The notes beneath the pieces were generated by a model. It was given only the letters and a program-made list of their open reading frames with translations, was not told the DNA's origin and did not search any database. A DNA stretch of 64,000 nucleotides. Source: Phoronis australis (lineage: Eukaryota; Animalia; Phoronida). The translations under genes and the position numbers were made by a program. The stretch is taken from positions 124,001-188,000 of the forward strand of contig NMRA01000470.1 of assembly GCA_002633005.1 (NCBI GenBank). The letters are read 5' to 3'. Numbering within the stretch: position 1 is the stretch's first letter; every line of letters starts with the position of its first letter. Below are positions 1 to 12,457 of the stretch, piece by piece.

Positions 1-3000
1 GGTTTTTAGTATTAGCGTTTGGGGGTTTTCAGAAAACTCATAGACTGCTGTTTTGAAAGATTTTGAACAAACTATTCCGGCTAACAGCGCCGATAGCACT
101 TAAAGTTAGTTTCTGAAAGTTTTGAGAATCCGATCAGCAATTTCTGATGGTTTTCCGGTGTTCATAACCCTAACTGGGTTAACACCTTTGAAAGCTATAA
201 CGTGAAAAAGTCGTTATTACGAGAAAAGGGAGGTTCAATGTTGATACTTTTATCGATCACGAAATTTGATACCTTTTTCCTGTTTGGCATTGAAATGCTG
301 TCGTAGGATTCTCACCTTGGAATTGGGAAATTTAATGTTCACAATTAAAACCATATTCACGGGTGATGATTGACAACCATTATTCGGTTGCTTAGCATTG
401 CAAATCATTATTATAGTCCGGTTATTTTAACTTTTTTTGTTTAATCGTGGCTCAGCCCGACACATACATGTAGAAGTGCAGTGTACTCGCTGAAGTAGGT
501 GAAAAAGTTTCACATTTCACTTTTAGAAAAAAAAAAGAAGTTTAGCCAGGGATTCAGCACGCGGCGGCGTTTTCAATGTAATTTAAGTATAAGGCGTCGT
601 GCGCAGGCGGCACATTTCATAGCGGGCCACTTGAAGTTCTACAGTGTCTGTTCTGAAGTGGGAAAATTAGGAGGACTTGTTGCTGAGTCACACTCGGATG
701 GCTATTTTTTACCGACTCCATGTTTTTATTTTACTGTGTGACATTTTCAAGTGTATTATTTCGTCTGGAACTGAACCCTGGAAATAACGCAAATAGTTAT
801 TGTTCCAAACGGGTAATTGCATTTCACATTGTTGCATTGATTTCTGCCATTAGTTTTGATCAGTTTCTCCGCATTGCCTTTGTGTTAAAATCTGACTGCA
901 GGGCGTATTATTCAAGTGTTCGTTGCATCGTTGTTGATGTGTCCGTCGGCCCATTAAGTTTAGCGTCAATGAAACTTGTTTATGCTCCAATAACGCAGGC
1001 GCGATCGCACAATTATCCCTTGATGGTGAAACTGAGACACAGTACGAAAAAAAATCGGCCATGGAGTCTAAATCAGAATGAGAAAATACTACCGGGGATG
1101 CACACAAAAACAATAGATCGACATCGGCATGCCTACTAGATTTATCGAATGAACGCAAACCTTATACAAATTTTATTAACTTTGGTTAACCAAGTAAACA
1201 TTTTGAGGAAGAAATGGCGGACTAATTTAAGATATTCTAGAAAATCGGGAATCAAGAACGAACGGGCCTTCAGTACATTTCTTGGTTTCACGTTTCAAGT
1301 TGTTACAGCCAGTGGAAAGGAATGCCGATTTTACGATTTCTCAGTGCTCGGGCATGCAAATCTCAGTGAAGCCCCACACCTTGGCCCAGGTTTCGCTGGT
1401 AGCCGCGAGGGACTGTCGTGAACAAGCAATGGTCGAATGGTCTAGCATCTCAACTTGTCGGAGATATGAAAACAATAATTGTACAACGACGTAGATAACA
1501 ATAAGACCGCCCATTACATTACATGTAAAATAACTACAGTGTAGCCTACTCGCTAGGTAAATAAATTTTATCGCTGTTCAAGACAACAGCGGATCGCTTT
1601 GTTAGATGATTGTTTTGATTCGATTTAACTCCCACAACACAAAAACAAAACAATTTACCCCTGAAGCTCTGGTCAAGTGCTATATTAAAATTCTGTTAAT
1701 TTTGTGCACTGTAGGCTTTGCATCACTATTTATTTTCAAGTATAGTTTTTGTTAGTCGCAGTTTTCCGCTATTTCGAGTTTTAAAAGATTTGCAAAGGAA
1801 GCTGTCATAATAGTTTTAGTATGGATACTCAACATATATAAGTTCAGATGTTTTCATTTGTTCGTATTTACAATAAGTGCGCTTGTGTGTAAAACCAGGT
1901 TCAAAGGACCATTCAAACGTAAAGCCACATTCAAGTCGACCTATAATGCTTTATGGCTGAAGCAAGGCAGCCAGGCCACGTGGGGTTCAACACCTGGGGG
2001 CACCATTGTGACCTTGTAATCCTCGCCTTGAATTTGCCTTGTTTACAAGGATCGCTTTTTCAACCAGTTCATTACTAATGTAAGTGATAAGAGGACTTCA
2101 AACCCGGTTTTGGGCTATTGGCAGATCCTAGAAACCATTATCCAGTTCTCTGAAACAAAGTAACGCTCTGTAACACTCGAGAACCTGATTGAAGTTTTGA
2201 GAGAAATTTGAAAACTCTGCTAAACGGGCAAGCGTGACCTACGCATTGGCTTTTATCAATTTACACGGCCTGTGTAGGAGACCACCCACAAAGGAACATA
2301 ATGTTCCATTTGTGAGATTGGGAGTACGAATTTTTAGTTGATCCCTTTCAAAATTGACTAATCACTCTTGGCGGATGCATTAGCAGGTGACCGTGGAACG
2401 AGGTTTAGTTGAAATCACCAAAACTAGGTTTAGTGTCCTTTTCAAGACAGTCGGCTGTAAGCCTCTCTAGTAGGGGCAAATTTTTCTTTCAATATTTTCG
2501 AGGTGGTAGAAAATGATACCAAGTTGACATTAAATTCAGGTTGATCAGCAGAGCCAAGTTTATGTTTTACTGCCCCTGCCACTATGATCATGATGGTCAT
2601 TCCACTGACCAAATTCGAACACACTGGGCATGGGTGACCACTGGTCATTGAAAACATGGGCATTGCTTTTTGCATTAAGATTACTTAGATGTGATGTTTA
2701 GCTGCTGCCATATGCAGTAGTGTCGTAAATTATAAGTTTGCACTTCAATGGATTTTCAATTTTCAAACAAAAATTTCAAACACAACTTGGAATGCATGTG
2801 TTTCTCGGGGACAAAAGCAGTAATGCAAATTCGAGAGCAGCAGTTCTCCTCCATGTTAATACCAAGTAGGCACCTGCCCTCGCCTGTTTGCCAATCCGCC
2901 CCTTTTACCATCGAGAGCCTCACTGGTGTTAAGTCCAAATCAAACATTATCGGTCCAGTCAATATGTTGTGGTTCGCATCGTGAACGGATCAATTATGAA

Positions 3001-4914
3001 GGGTAAGTAACAAAAATCATATTTTTGAGTCGTGCTAAGACTTCAGAGTTGATGCTTAACATTTAGGATAAATAACAAGTCTCGGTAAGCGATATTGGTT
3101 TATTGGCTTTGTGGCAGGTGTCCATGAAGACACCGTGTGTGTTGGTAACTAACGATGTTCCTTGGGACTCCCTAAATGTACCTGATTCTAACACGAGGTC
3201 AATGTGTATCTCAAATTGAAGCTGACGATTCGTGTTTTGGATCCAGTGATATGCTTTTGATCACTTTAGGTACTCCGAGTAAGCCCTTGTGCTGATTAGT
3301 TTTCCGTTGTCACGACATAATAGAATTGCTGTCAAGGCTCAGAAAAAAGTTGTCTCACGTTCGTTATAGGGACCATACGGTTTCCAGGTTTACCCACTTC
3401 TCATAAGATTCTTATTGGCGTCGTTGTACTTTGTTGTACAATGAACCATTTCCATTATAAGTACATCTTCAGTGCCCCGATTACTGACCGAACGTTTCAA
3501 GATGGTTTTTCGATCAGTACACACTTTAGTAATTAGCTAGGTAGAGGTTGAGGCGGGTAATGTTGAAGCGAGAGTCGTCTTCTAGCCCCAGTCTAACCGG
3601 TGGTAAGTAGCAATGTGTGCGGCATGCATACCTCTTGCAGGTAGTGACGTGTATGTGCCAGCCTTAATAAGTCATATCCGTGCGATCTGAAACTGAGCTC
3701 CTTGATCCATGGCGACCGGAGTACTCTAACATATCTAGCAACTCATGCTTCGTATGTCAATACTTCTGCCGCCGCCGGGCGTTTTAACTAATCCGCAATT
3801 GTTTAGTCCTGACTAGGGTTTATGGATTACTTCCGTACACACACCGCCACGCTGCTGTGTTCATTTCTAGTCTGTGAGGTAGAAACGATTTTCTTGTTGA
3901 AATTCGGCACGATATGTCACCACCCACTGGTCTGGCAATCAATATACGTATTCATTCACTGCCATGTCAATATCTTATGTGTCATCCTACGCATGTAATT
4001 ATAACCTTCACGGATGCATCTCATCAAAGTAAAAAGAATTACCCGCTGGTTTTCATTTCTCGATCTCTTATTGAGACTAATTATACCAAGTTTCACACCG
4101 TTGCCTAGAGAATGTTTGAACTGCTCACCCAGAGAAGACTAACTCACTCCAAAGTCCTAAAAGGTCTGATTAATCACAGTTATATCTAGCATCAACATGT
4201 GGCTTGATATATGCCCGTGCATCTGTACATGCCCGCTCGCTCGCTTGTGCACGAGCGTGCAGGTGTGTGTTGATGTGTAAAAACTTAACTTTCGTTAAAA
4301 CAAACAAATTTTCGAATGAGTTTCATCAGAATGTTAATGAACATGTTGATAGTCACTTTTCTGGAAATTAATTGCCTTTATCGGTGACAACTTTCGTAAA
4401 TTTTGATGTCATTTTTACTCTTGTTTTATGACTTCTTCGATGGGCGACGCAGCACTGAAATAAGTTGGATGGGGGGCTATAGCCCCTCCCCAACCTCCTA
4501 TGGTGCGCCGCTCATGTTCTTATGACCAATTCGTTATTACATGAAACAAACTTTGAATAGCCGATATCACAATTTTGAAATTTCCGCTGTTCCTGTTTAG
4601 TAAAAAGTAAATAGTTATCATGTTGGACAACAGAAATTATCATAGCCCTGCTGTGCCTTAAATCAAAAGTAACCAGTGCTGTTCAAGTTGTTTTTGTACA
4701 CTGCAAGTCCTTACCTCCAACGTCGAGTAGAGGAACCAAAATTGTCCGGAAATACTATGAAGCTACTGGTCCGCCGGAAGGTGCAGTTTAATGAAACTTG
4801 GAACTGTGGGCTGAGTTTCATCAAAGGGGTGAATCCGGTAACCACACACGGGCACCCCCAGTAAATGTTCGTTTTTGCCAAACTCTATTGATTAACTTTT
4901 CTACAGTGCGCCAT

Positions 4915-6332
4915 TTATTATTATTCGCCCATATATTTATCTGTGGGTGTTTATTCTCGTCGTCTCTGTCTGGGCGTCCCGCATCCGCGGCTGTATCTCA
5001 TAAACCCCTTGCAGGACCATAACTAGATTTGACAAATGTGATCCTTTTTTGCTGACGACAGACGACGACGAGATTTGGACCGATTCGACTACCGCTCTGT
5101 CCCCTAGTTGCAATTTTAGTTTTTTTGAGTTCCTTGGTGGATTTTCATGGAATTTAGCAAAAATGTTTCTGTAAAAGAGACGATGACGTTCTCCGTTTGC
5201 GGACGGATTTGACGTGTTTTGCGCCACCTGGTGGCAATTTAAAAAATTCGAATACGTTTTAGACGTCCGCCTTCCATTTCGCCAAACCATTGAAAGGATC
5301 ATTATGAAAATTTGCAGATTTGTTCCTGATGAGAAGACCGCGGCTGACACTGATTTTAGGTCTATATCTTTAGAGTTCATTGAAGGATTTTAGTGAAATT
5401 TGGCAAATAGGTTTCTATTAAAGAGACGATAACGCCTTATTGTTTTCGGACGGATTTGACGCATTGTGTGCCTTCTGGTGGCAATTTGAAAAAAAAATGT
5501 TGAGTATTTTTTACAACCGCCTCCCTATCCACCAAAGCGTTTAAAGGACCATTATGAAACTGACATATATTTTCCTGATGAGAAGACTGCAGCTGACACG
5601 CATTTTCCGACGGATTCGAATATTGTCGAGACCCCTAGTGACAATTTTTGTGTTTTTTTTTGCGTCCACGGATCTATCTGCATAACTCTTGGGAGGATCT
5701 TTGTGAAAGATGACGAGTTTCTGACTTATTCGACTACAGGTCTGCCCCCTAATGGCAGTTTTATTTTTTAGGTTTGCCTCTGTATCTGTGGAGTTTAATG
5801 ATGGATTTTTCTGAAATTTTGCAGATAGGTTTCTATAAAGGTGACAACTACGCCTTTGTATTTTTGGACAGATTCAGTGTATTTTGCACCACCTAGTGGC
5901 ACATTTTTATGATTTTGATTACGTTATTTAACGTCTCCCTCTCTTAATCTGCCAAACTTCTCAAAGGATCATTCCGCCTGGTGACATTATTTTCGCATCT
6001 GCGGCTGTATCTATCCCGTTGTAAGATCAGTGACACAGTTTGCCAAGTCTAGTCCTAGTCCTATTAACTTGACAACGGATGGGCGGATTGGAATACCGCT
6101 GTGCCTTCTAATGGCAATTTGTTTTTATGGCTCTGTATCTTCGGTTTTCCATGGTGGGTTTTCATGAAAGTTGACAAATAGTTAGTTTTGTATCACAGAG
6201 ACGGCGATGCTTTTCCAATTTTACACGGGTCTGACGTATTCAGCGCCATTTGATGGCCATTTTTATATAACTAAAACATCATTAGGAACGCAGTCGTGGG
6301 CGCATTTCAACGCTCCCCATTGCTCTTGTTTT
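4915..6332. mobile_element. Non-autonomous Helentron/DINE-like element with degenerate internal tandem subrepeats
   Basis: Starts TTATTATTCGCC and has a (CTGT/CCGT)-like tract near 4960. Recurring units (GGATTTT...GAAATTT..CAAA; CGGATTTGAC; GCCxCCTrGTGGC) repeat every ~120-250 bp. Ends in ...GCTCTTGTTT. The layout is typical of DINE-1-like elements; the family was assigned by inspection only. Confidence 0.55.
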
Positions 6333-6679
6333 TATACAGCGTGCCGATTGTTAGATTCATTTATTACAAGGAACCAGGACACCAGTCTTTATTACATCTT
6401 ATACACAAGTGCATGATTTAAACAAAAACACAGTTAAAGTACAATCTAAAAAACAGCAGTTTTGAAAAAAAATTAAACTCATTGGACGTCGATTAGTAGT
6501 TCTGCCTGATATATGTGCAAACATTTTTAATAATATTTTCATGTTTTCATCGTTTGATGGCTGATAGTTAACAATTCTGACAACTGTTCTCTTCAGTCGT
6601 AACTACAACAACTTGGAGATGCCTTTGTTTCAAGTCGGTGTTTATGTGAGCCTGAAATAGAGATGCATGCCGGGTATCA

Positions 6680-6693
6680 GTTGCTATGGCATA
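6680..6693 (+). promoter_or_regulatory. Possible RFX X-box upstream of the FAM184-like gene
   Basis: GTTGCTATGGCATA resembles the X-box consensus GTTNCCATGGNAAC, with an imperfect 3' half. It lies ~2.5 kb upstream of the first coding exon, which is preceded by an acceptor at 9188, so upstream UTR exon(s) are implied. Confidence 0.2.
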
Positions 6694-9227
6694 TCAGAAT
6701 GCCTACTTCTTCGCCCCACATAGATGAACCCGTGTGAAATTTTGATGAGACAGTATTTAATTTTGGCGTTGTATCAATATGCATGTTATTTGCCACCCTG
6801 CCGATCAAACGGTATTGATGTATCCTTCGCTTCTGCGGATTCGCCTATCAAATGGCTTATAAAGTTTATCTCAATATTTGAACAGAATAATGCAATTCAA
6901 TTGGTCTCGCGCGTACTGTATTCTGCAGGTAAACAAAGTTCCTAAACAGGTTAGTTCTTCAGCCAGTGGATAAACACAAAAGCAGAAACACAACAGCAAT
7001 GAAATATATAAAATATTAAAGAAGCCATTAAACTCGCGTTCCATCCATGACGAGGATTTTTTATTTAGGTCGATTGCCGCTATAAAATTGGTCTCAACTT
7101 GTTCCTAATTCAGAAGAGACGTGATTTCAGTGTTTCCAAAGAGCTGGCAGTTCCTTGTTTTTGAGACAATGTTCTGCTCATAAAATCACAAGAGACCAGT
7201 TACCGTAAGGAACTGGTCTAAATCAAATTGTTCTTTTTTGATGGGAGACGGTCTTTAGTGGAGTTAAAGTCCCGTTATTGAGGGCCTTGAATTCCTTGTC
7301 GAAATTTTTGTCGCCTCTCACCCCCGAGGAAAGAATGCAATGACAAACTTTGCACAAGAGCATCACATTCGCACCACGTATTAAATGACGTCGCATTGTG
7401 TCCATTTCACGTTTAATAAATAGCAAGAGCTTTTGTGAGTGCTCTACTCTTGAGCGAATACATATGGTTTCTGATACGTGACGGAAATTCAAAGGGACAT
7501 TTTCTTGACGAAATTGTGACCTGAGGCTTTCCAGGGTTCTTCATGAGCAAAATTTCAAACAAGCTTCAAATTACGCGTCATGTTTTCGAGTCCTATTCTT
7601 CTTTTCAGTTAAACAATTATACATTAGACATTAACTTCACTTGCCGAACTTGTCACAATTATTTCACGAGAAAATAATGAAAAATAGGTATCACAATACA
7701 ACACCATTTCAGTCATTTGTGTTGCAAAGTAGAACAATATGCTTTTTAGAAATGGTTCAACATTTTAACGTGGCTCAAAGCTTTTTAAACACGACTAAAG
7801 GTTTTCCAAATATGGTGCAAAATAGTTCAAACATGGTGTAACACCTTGTTCAATAGGTGCAGGGAAAACAATGCTTCCTACACCCATAGTATTAACAGGA
7901 AGCATCTAAATTACTTTTATGTGCTGAGAAGTATGTCTGAGGTTTACATCGTCACCTCTTCCAGACAATTATGAAAAATTTTAAAAAGATGTTAGAAAAC
8001 GAACAGAGTCTATGCACAACCGACTGAGCACCTACTCCAGAGCCCCTTTGCGCAGTTAGAGAGCGTAAAAGGACTTTAGTATAATCAGCCTTGGTAGACA
8101 TTTATGCTTAGGTAAACACAAGGCTAAAGACGGGTGATTTCTTTATCGGTTTGACATGATCCCAGGGATTTTTCTCGTAAAAGATGGCTGTGATTATTGT
8201 GCTATAGGCCTAAGACGCTGATTACTGAGGGTGCGAATGCAGATTGCTCGCAAACTTATCTCTACGTTCTGGCCACTACTACTTGTAATTATAGTATAAC
8301 AAAAGTTATTTCGTTCGAAACGGATAAAATATTAAGTTCGTCTTTGCCATTGAACATGTGACAGTATTGTTTATAAAAGGACTAAAGATTGCCCTTTCCT
8401 GAGTCCATACGGAGATAACGGTCGGAGAACACACGCAGGCAGTACAAGGACACTTTGAGTGAAATTTCGGAGTTGATACACTGATGTCGGCTACTTGTAG
8501 TTCACTTACACTTGGAATATTCAGCTGCCCCTTTATGAACCAAATTACGTACAAACTGCTGGGGAACTGTCCCTAGTATTTATGTATGTTCTTCACCGTA
8601 AGGTTGAAACCTCTCGTTTTTCGTAAGTGGTGCTTTCAGTAATGTGTTTTATCTCTGTTTACGAGTTTGACAAAGTTCCCTTTGTGATCGTTCGATGTTC
8701 AGATCATTAGACGTAGTGCATGATTGATGGGGTTATGCTTCTTGTGAAAACAACGTGTTTTGGGCAGCTGTCAGTTCCCAAGATTCTACGTGATAAGAAC
8801 AAAATAGATTGCCTCACATCCATTAAACGACCTGGTTACAAAATGTCGCATCAAATTTGACAGAGATTGGAATCTGTACGCGCCCAAACAGAAACGGGGG
8901 GAGTATGACTGACCAAGAATGACTCGGGATTACAAATTGTACCTTTGGGAACAACCTTGCTATGCTAAGGCTGCACTTTAATTATGACGAGAATATGGTT
9001 TTAATGAGGTTATCATTTACTGTGGCATTTGGTGTGACACTTATTCAGTTCCTGAATATGATTTTCGCTTGCGCCAAGGATGTACGATCTTCTCACTCTA
9101 GAATATATTCACAATTGTATATTAAAATTCATACTAGATGTGCTATTGCTGTTGCGTTTTTATTGTATTTTATTTTGAAATTTTCTAGGCATGCAAGATG
9201 GATAGCTAACGAGAACTGCAATTAAAC

Positions 9228-9995
9228 ATGGCCGCGCCTTCGTCTAAAGGCAAACCTTTTGACTTTCGGATGTCAAAGAAGGTCGCTGAATTGACGCAAG
9301 TTGTGCATATGCTTTTTACGAGAAACCACGAGAAAGAGGTTGAACTCGATGCCATAAAAGAAGCGTATGAGTTCGAAATTGATGTTGTAATAAAAGACGC
9401 CAGAAGTCGAATAGCCAAACTTGAAGCCCATATCAAAGACCTGGAACAGAACAGGAGCTCCGATGATGTCAAGTTCAAATCTCTTTTTGAGAAACAACGT
9501 AAAGATAATGAAGAGGAATGGAGGAGGCTAATAGAAGGTAAAGACAAAGAGATTCATGAAGGAAGACAAGAGATGCAAAATTTACGTGATCTGTTGATCA
9601 ACGCTCAAAGAGACGTCGAGAAGCTGCGGTCAGGGATGACAGGGGAACTTGGTAAAAGGGAAGACGATCTGCGGAAAAAAGACACTGAGATTGAGAAGTT
9701 ACGCAGAACAGTCGGCAACTTGGAACGGAAGCTGAAGGATGAAACTTTGAACTCAAGCCAGAAAATTACTGATCTGGAGCAGAAATGTGACAGATTGTGC
9801 GATGAGCTAAGCCAGCTGAAGGAAATGTTTGAGGACACGCATAATGTTAAAGAAAGTTTGTTGGCCAAAAATAAACAGTTGGAACACGAATACAAAACTT
9901 TACGGAAGGAGCTGGCAAAGAAAATTCATGACGTTGTCGGAAGCTCAAAGCCGACCACTCCTCCAAAGCTTTTAAGCAGGGAGCAAAATGTAATG
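9228..9995 (+). CDS. FAM184A: FAM184-family coiled-coil protein, coding exon 1 (256 aa)
   Basis: MSKKVAELTQVVHMLFTRNHEKEVELDAIKEAYEFEI matches the FAM184 N-terminal motif (MSKKIAQLTKVIY.LNTKNDEHE) and is followed by heptad coiled coil. Acceptor TTTTCTAG at 9181-9188 lies upstream of the ATG; phase-0 donor ATG|GTAAGA at 9995/9996. The symbol is family-level; orthology was not tested. Confidence 0.8.
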
Positions 9996-10290
9996 GTAAG
10001 AAGCCCCACAATCCTTAACAAAATGTAATGGTAAGAAGCCCCACAATCCTTTACAAAATGTAATGGTAAGAAGCCCCACAATCCTTAACAAAATGTAATG
10101 GTAAGAATCCCCACAATCCTTTACAAAATGTAATTGTAAGAAGTCCCACAATTCTTAACAAAATGTAATGGTAAGCAGCCCCACAATCCTTAACAAAATG
10201 TAATGATAAGAAGCCCCACAATCCTTTACAAAATGTAATGGTAAGAATCCCCACAGTCCTAACAAAAGGTAAGAAGCCCTACAATCCTAA
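9984..10290 (+). repeat. 35-bp minisatellite (8 copies plus 1 degenerate) overlapping the exon 1 donor
   Basis: Unit CAAAATGTAATGGTAAGAAGCCCCACAATCCTTAA starts at 9984, 10019, 10054, 10089, 10124, 10159, 10194 and 10229, with a shortened copy at 10263. Confidence 0.95.
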
Positions 10291-11282
10291 AAGCGGCTAT
10301 AAAACCTCATCCCGTCCAAGAAGCGAACTTGATTTGGACCACGTGGTGCTATGAAGTTGGTCTGATCTTGTTCCTTACTCAGATGCCAAGTGGTTTCTCG
10401 GTTTGCAAAGAACTGAAATTTCGTTATAATAATGATTCCTCAAAACCATACTCGGCGCATTAAATGACACGCCGTGACGAGCCAACTTGTAAAGTTGTAT
10501 CTCAGGCAACAACGAACTATCAATTATTTAAGCCCTAAGGTTACCTTGAAATTGGTTAAGGAACAAATTTAGCCCAATTTAATAATCGTAAGTAGTTTAA
10601 ATCAAGTTAGTTGTTGCGGTGGAAGACGCGTATATAGCCGATTCAGAATAGAGTCGTTTAAGCAATTTCATTGAAATTTTAACTTCAGCGAAAAAAATAT
10701 ATATATTAAGTTCGGTTTCCAGTTTGTTTAAACCTTGCCCTCAGTTAAATTTCCGTTTCTCCACAGTCGTTTATTAGATTTCTTAGCATTTCCATTTCCA
10801 TCCACATCACGGTTTTTGTTGTCCGTACGTATACGGTTTAGGTGCATGCAAAACAAGCATTTATAATGGCATTTTTGTAAATGTAATCTCTCCGGCACAG
10901 GATATTGATTCCTGTAAAGGTGTATTTCAAATACTTTTAAAAATAAACGGAAGCAACTTGTGAAAGGTGCACCTCAGGTACTAATTCCCAAGCTACTATA
11001 CTTGGCCTCATTCTATGCATTTGCGTTATGTCAATAGCAATTTCTTAAATAATTCATTTCAGTACTCCCAATGTTTAATTATCATTCTAGATATGATAAA
11101 TCACTTAGCGAGTAATTGTAAAATCTGCTCAACATGACATACAAACACTTTAACTCCTATGTAGTGCTTGTAGTTTGCATTTGCGCGATAGAGAGCTAAG
11201 AATGCTGGATCGTCTCTCATTAGAAAATGTCAGGGTGTCGCGTCGCAGACAAGTTTAGATACTTTTGGTTTGTACCTTCGTA

Positions 11283-11480
11283 GTTAAAGCGGCATCAAAC
11301 CCGTCCTTTCTGGCAAAAAACAAGTTTTGATTTATTCACTTACCGCTATGAAATTGACCATGTAACAGTAAATCCAGCTGAATACAAGGGCCACAATTTA
11401 AAAACCAGAATTTTGCCGTAAATACATAGATTAGCAGGTGAATCTGATACTCGAGGTTTATACCTTGTACATTGTCTGGA
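11283..11480 (+). mobile_element. Kolobok-like non-autonomous DNA transposon end (related copy at ~34964)
   Basis: TTAAAGCGGCATCAAACCCGTCCTTTCTGGCAAAAAACAAGTTTTGAT is similar to TTTAAGCGCCATTACACCGGTGCTTTCTGTCAAAAAACAAGTTTTGAT at ~34964. The TTAA+purine terminus is Kolobok-like. The right boundary is approximate. Confidence 0.4.
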
Positions 11481-11725
11481 CATTGGATTTGATTACCAGT
11501 CGCAGGATTCTTGGTGTCGCCAATGAGTTAAGTGATCTGCTGCAAGTATTCATGATTCCAGACACTATATTTTTTCTATCCCCTTATATTTCAATCTAAA
11601 TTTCTAACAGCCATAGCTTAATATGGAATGGTGCAATTTCAGTGGAGGTTTTGAGTCATGCAGTTTTACATGTTTGTTGATCTCTGGCACTAATTATACA
11701 ACAATTCGTTTTGAATTTGTCGCAG

Positions 11726-12007
11726 GATTACAACGATGAGTTGGAGAGATTGAGGAGGGAGATACACAGGTATAAAATGGAGCTCTCGAACAGAGAAGGC
11801 AACTTTAACAGAACGTTTGCGGACCACAGCAAAGTTGTGGTCGACAGCAGGGCAGGAAAGATTGGTATGCAGCAAATGCAAATCTTAAATCCCCATTCCA
11901 CGTTCCCTAACCCGCAATCTAAAGCAGCGCCGCTGGATTTACAACGAATGCGAGAAAGGACGTTTTCGTACGCAACAAGTCACGTATATGAAAGTGAAAG
12001 TGATCAG
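11726..12007 (+). CDS. FAM184A: FAM184-family protein, coding exon 2 (94 aa)
   Basis: Acceptor TTGTCGCAG| at 11725, phase 0. DYNDELERLRREIHRYKMELSNREGNFNRTF resembles the FAM184 C-terminal 'LEL.NRE.NFN..F' motif. Donor CAG|GTGGGT at 12007/12008. Confidence 0.8.
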
Positions 12008-12331
12008 GTGGGTTGCAGTCACAAGTTAGAAAAGTGTCATTTCGTGCAGACTCTGGTATGGTGCAAATAACACATGTTCTTTGCGTCGCATTTCTGGTTG
12101 ATTCAACGTGTATTTTAATATAACCGGTGCCCGGTTAAGAACGTTACTTACCAATGAAAAACTCAATGTCACGCACCCCTTTCCCATGGTTCTGGATTTG
12201 CAAAAGTTTATCAATGAGAAGTTAAAAAATGGAGATTGAGAATTAAAACATTAGTTTCTATTCTCATGTAAAATTTTGGCGCTCATCAAAATCGTTGGGT
12301 ACATTTTCAAGTAAACTGAACATATTTTCAG

Positions 12332-12457
12332 AGTACAAGAGCGTCATCGGCAGTTTCCGGAAGATTTCCACCAATGCTCGGAATGGATCAAAAGGCCAGA
12401 CTTAGCCGTTTCTTAAAACAACCAAGACTTTCAATGTCACGGGACGTGACGTCATGA
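12332..12457 (+). CDS. FAM184A: FAM184-family protein, terminal coding exon 3 (41 aa + stop)
   Basis: Acceptor ATATTTTCAG| at 12331, phase 0. Reads STRASSAVSGRFPPMLGMDQKARLSRFLKQPRLSMSRDVTS followed by TGA. Confidence 0.65.
   Translation, partial: STRASSAVSGRFPPMLGMDQKARLSRFLKQPRLSMSRDVTS

Noticed and set aside
1200-3850. Possible decayed transposon coding sequence (Cys-containing fragments such as FLSTGCNNLKRE)
   Set aside because: Too degenerate to assign by eye; no continuous frame or clear termini.
499-8554. Many short 60-150 aa ORFs here, and antisense ORFs over real exons elsewhere
   Set aside because: They have no recognisable motifs or consistent splice structure, and are expected by chance or as shadows of true exons and repeats.
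9984-10290. 35-bp repeats as a CRISPR array
   Set aside because: The units are head-to-tail with no unique spacers, no cas genes are present, and the context is a eukaryotic intron.
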